Part shown: positions 29,688 through 33,718 of the stretch, one piece after another
Layout: the number at the start of each line of letters is the position of its first letter
Numbering within the stretch: the first letter of the stretch is position 1
Assembly (NCBI GenBank): GCA_002269645.1
Contig: NIVC01003817.1
Coordinates: 1 to 33,718 of the forward strand
DNA length: 33,718 bases
Source: Macrostomum lignano
Lineage: Eukaryota
Direction: 5' to 3'
Translations under genes and position numbers: made by a program
The notes under the pieces: generated by a model
What the model was told of the DNA's origin: nothing
Databases searched by the model: none
Seen by the model: only the letters and a program-made list of their open reading frames with translations

Positions 29688-32600
29688 ATGGATAATAATA
29701 CCGATGGCGCGTATGGTGCTGGAAAAGCACAAGGTTTCGGCTTCGCGTTCGATCCACTTGAATTTATAAAGCGACCTACAACTATCCTTCGTCTTGTCTC
29801 TTGGGTAAGCTGCTACAAAATATGTATGTATGATATGATACGCCTACGGCCATATAGGTGTGCAGTAGATATAAAACTGAAGGCATTGTTTCCTGTTCCA
29901 GTATACCGAAGTGCCTAATATATTTTTCCTAAAATTTCCTAAACTGGTACTGTTGCACATTAGAGGGAAACAAATTAGCTAAAGTTATGCATTAAAATAT
30001 GTTCAATAGGTTTAGCATTCAATATTTAGGCAATCTTCAAGGTTCGTTCGTTAAATTACTTCCCATCAGAGTCTAGTTAAACATTAATAAACTTTCTATT
30101 TACTTATTTCACATGCTGGCTTGAACAGCTGTTTTACTATTGGGTAGTGTTGGGCACCAGTCCGTTAATAAGTGTTAATCCATTAATAAGCATTAATAAG
30201 TGTTAAGATTTTTAATTAACATTAACAGACTGTCGTTAAGATTTTTTTGAACTAATGGATTAACAAATTTGCATTAAAAATTTGTGAATTAACGATAAAT
30301 TCATCATTAATGGTAGTGTCTATGTCAATGACCAAAGATACAAAGAAGGAATGAAAAATAGAAGTCTTACAAGAAGTTTAAACATTACAAACGTATTTGA
30401 GCTTACCTATATGCCTAAATATAATCTCTTTTTTATGATGATGATCATACAGATGTACAAGTAATTAAAACTTCTTACGAATAAACTTTAAAATAATGAA
30501 TTAAAATAGTGTGAAACTTTATTTCTTGTGCGTGAGCATTGATTGCTTTGATTCACTTCTGTCCCAATCTTTCGCAACTTTCTGCTGCGCCTGCTAATGG
30601 TACTGAAACAACCTTCCTATGCATATTTAATTATGAATTTCTCATTATTAGCTTTTAAGTTTCAAATAAAATAAGTTACTTTTTTACCATATGCTTTACT
30701 TTTAGTAGTATTATGCATGCAAGTTTTTAAAATGATTATTTATTACTTTTTTAGCTTTCAAATCGCTTCAATGACTTCTGTGTTTCGCTAAAAAGATGGA
30801 ATAGCAAAGACGTGCATTATGAAGTCTGTTTTGGAAAAAATGTGCAAGATTTCCATATTTTCTGTGTTAACTTGAACGGATTAATGCTTATTAACAATTA
30901 TCAGTTAACTTTCAGTTAACTTAACGAAATTAGGAGTTAAAAAGTTAAGATTTTTTTGTTTTAACGCTAACGCTTTTGCTATTAACGGAAGTTAAGATTT
31001 TCATTAACGGTGCCAACACTGCTATTGGGTCAATCCTAGTATATAATCATTTATTGATTGTCACTAGGGGCCTAATAGTAATGCAGTCAACTATAACAAT
31101 CATAAATTATAATAAAATGGTAGTACAGAAACACTTGAAGTCTATGAAAGAGATTTCTAGATTCATTTGAATGTAAGAAATTATTTGATCTTCAATCATC
31201 ATCTGGCTTGCAGTTTTTTGCTGTGATTGTATTTGGCTGCATCAGCAGTGGAGGCTATGTAGAAGATGTTTGCATCATGAAAGGCGACAAGAATGCTTGC
31301 GGCTTTGGCATCTTTGTTGGCGTGTTCGCCTTCATTGCCTGCATCCTGTTTCTGCTGGGTGATGTGCTGTTCGAGAAGCTGTCCTCCGTGCAGCATCGCA
31401 AGTTTCTTGTCATTGGCGATCTCGGCTTTTCTGGTGAGTTACAGGGTGAATCTGGGATGGGTGTGAATGCCAGCATGCAGGGTGAATCTGGGATGGGTGT
31501 GAATGCCAGCATGCAGGGTGAATCTGGGATGGGTGTGAATGCCAGCATGCAGGGTGAATCTGGGATGAGTGTGAATGCCAGCATGCAGGGTGAATCTGGG
31601 ATGGGTGTGAATGCCAGCATGCAGGGTGAATCTGGGATGGTGTGAATGCCAGCATGCAGGGTGAATCTGGGATGAGTGTGAATGCCAGCATGCAGGGTGA
31701 ATCTGGGATGGGTGTGAATGCCAGCATGCAGGGTGAATCTGGGATGGGTGTGAATGCCAGCATGCAGGGTGAATCTGGGATGAGTGTGAATGCCAGCATG
31801 CAGGGTGAATCTGGGATGGGTGTGAATGCCAGCATGCAGGGTGAATCTGGGATGGGTGTGAATGCCAGCATGCAGGGTGAATCTGGGATGAGTGTGAATG
31901 AAAGTGTAGTCGCCTTCGGTACTCTTGTCAGATTGCCTGGCTACTGCCAGACCTATGGCCGTTAGAAAATGGGTTCCGTTTGATAGAAAAGCCTACTTAA
32001 AGTAGTATAAACACTGAAATACTCTAAGTATTACCGCACCCGAGCCGAGCAGTTCAGGCACACAAAGTACACAAAGAGGTCCTGAATTTCCCGCAAATTT
32101 ACCGCGGGAGTTGGGTCAGCAGCTGCTACGAGAACATCAATTTAAAATTTCGTTGAAAACTTTTCGCTTGTTTTGCTGTCTGCATGCCAAGCTTTTCAAT
32201 GACATAAAAATACTTTTCATTGCCTGGCGCCTTCAACTCCCGCAGCTGCCTGGGCCTTCTTTTATTTCGTGGCCTTCTGCTACCTCACCAACAAGTGGAC
32301 CACCACCTCCGAGGAGTTCATCCTCATCAACGACGTGAAGCCGTGGCAGGCCTCCAACGTGCGCGCCAGCATCGCCTTCTCCTTCTTCTCCATCGCCAGC
32401 TTCGGCGCGCTGGCCTTCTTTGCTTTTCAGAAATTCCGCATGGGCGCGCAGGGCGCCTTCCAGACTTCCGACCAGGTGGAGCGGATCGGTGCACTGATGA
32501 ATGGGGCGTGCCAGTCCGGGTCTGGGGCTGGCTGGGGTGCCAGTCCGGGTTTAGGCATGGTTGGGGTGCCAGTCCGGGTTTATGGCATGGTTGGGGTGCC

Positions 32601-32954
32601 ACTCCGTGTTTAGGGCATGGTTGGGGTGCCAGTCCGGGTTTATGGCATGGTTGGGGTGCCAGTCCGGGTTTATGGCATGGTTGGGGTGCCACTCCGTGTT
32701 TAGGACATGGTTGGGGTGCCAGTCTCGCCGAGAATTTCACGAACCCTACCACCGCCTCATCCCATCTGTACCCAGATCGAGAGCCAGATCGCCGGCGCAG
32801 ATGGTAGCGGCGGAGTCGGCGGCGGAGTCGGCGGCGGAGTCGGTGGTGGAGTCGGCGGAGCCCGGGTGGTGGCTTCCAGCAGCCTCCGTTCGGCGCCGGA
32901 GGCGGTGGGGGAGACTTCGGCGGCGGCCAGCAGTTCCAGCCGCCCGCCTACTGA
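29688..32954 (+). CDS. SYNGR: Synaptogyrin (MARVEL tetraspan vesicle protein), 4 exons, about 248 aa; apparent 1-nt deletion at CCC 32861-32863
   Basis: Exons 29688-29804, 31214-31433, 32246-32475 and 32776-32954. Signature GAYGAGKA..FDPLEFIKRPTTILRLVSW|FFAVIVFGCI..C..ACGFGIFVGVFAF..DLGFS..FCYLTNKW..RASIAFSFFS. The C-terminus FQPPAY* is reached after adding one base. Confidence 0.93.
30145..31021. mobile_element. Non-autonomous hAT-type element (877 bp) in synaptogyrin intron 1
   Basis: Left end TAGTGTTGGGCACCAGTCCGTTAAT; right end reverse-complements to CAGTGTTGGCACCGTTAAT. Perfect 8-bp TSD CTATTGGG (30137-30144 and 31022-31029). Dense subterminal TTAAC/GTTAA motifs. Confidence 0.88.
31440..31900. 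repeat. 36-bp minisatellite (CAGGGTGAATCTGGGATGGGTGTGAATGCCAGCATG), synaptogyrin intron 2
   Basis: About 13 copies starting about 8 nt after the donor. Confidence 0.95.
32505..32725. repeat. 30-bp minisatellite (GGCATGGTTGGGGTGCCAGTCCGGGTTTAT), synaptogyrin intron 3
   Basis: About 7 copies. Confidence 0.9.
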
Positions 32955-33004
32955 GGCGGCACTGACTAGGTGACCTGAGTGCTCGCTGCTCTGTTGGACT
33001 GCTC

Positions 33005-33013
33005 CTGCCTGCC

Positions 33014-33074
<61 letters not shown>

Positions 33075-33255
33075 GCCTATCTGCCTGTCTGTGTGTCTGC
33101 CTGTCTGTCTGTCTGTCTGTCTATCTGCCTGTCTGTCTGTCTGCCTGTCTGTCTATCTATCTGTCTGTCTGTCTGTCTGTGTGTCTGTCTGTCTGTCTGT
33201 CTATCTGCCTGTCTGTCTGTCTGCCTGTCTGTCTATCTATCTGTCTGTCTGTACC
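33005..33255. repeat. (TCTG)n tetranucleotide microsatellite
   Basis: Read directly, downstream of the synaptogyrin stop. Confidence 0.96.
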
Positions 33256-33718
33256 TTCTCTCCAATCTCTTCTCTAGCCTTCCTCAGCTTTGGTCATCCT
33301 CCATTCCCGCCGCAGGAGCTCTTGCTTACCAGTCATGTCTCACTGGCCTGGCATTGGGTTCTCCTGGCCCTGCCAGAGCGCATAGGAAAATCCGCAGACT
33401 GTTTTTAATTACCCGTTTTATGTTGAGCAGTTTAAACACTTTAATTATTCTCAGTTCTTCTTGAGCTAATCGGTTTTATTTAATCCCCTCTGTTAGCTTA
33501 CACCTGTAATGCATATTATTGCTGCGAGAATCTGCAGTAGTCGCTTTTTCTCCATCAGCCGTCGTAATTTTTTTTGTCTGTAATTTATTTGTCGGTAGCT
33601 TTTCCTTGTTTTCTTTTATTATAACAGATATTATTATTATTATTGCTGCTACGACTATGGTTATTATTATTCCTGTACCCTGGAAAGCAGCAGCCTCACT
33701 GCCACAGAGCCGCCACCG

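Overview
Eukaryotic (animal) genomic DNA, not prokaryotic. It has GC-rich exons with GT-AG introns, and most larger introns are filled by a minisatellite. This style, plus a WSC-domain gene, suggests a free-living flatworm such as Macrostomum (inference only). Splicing the exons by hand gives five genes: (1) a small secreted WSC-domain protein with a Cys-rich tail (+, 3144-3913); (2) a full-length 8-exon CDC45 (+, 6122-9897); (3) a nearly intronless DEG/ENaC channel (+, 14950-16983); (4) a 9-exon, about 805-aa Macro-like/TIR/TIR/TIR protein (-, 26977-21508); (5) synaptogyrin (+, 29688-32954). Mobile DNA comprises a decayed Penelope-like retroelement with a hammerhead-like 3' motif, a Tc1 transposase relic and two non-autonomous hAT elements with perfect 8-bp target-site duplications. 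The most interesting feature is gene 4. It joins a putative ADP-ribose-binding macro-like domain to three TIR domains, only one of which keeps the NADase glutamate. This recalls the TIR-plus-Macro logic of bacterial Thoeris defence in one intron-rich animal polypeptide. Several minisatellites are visibly seeded from functional sites (splice donors, the CDC45 stop, transposase coding sequence). Three genes each carry a single-base indel in a homopolymer, most likely assembly errors. There is no CRISPR array and no rRNA.
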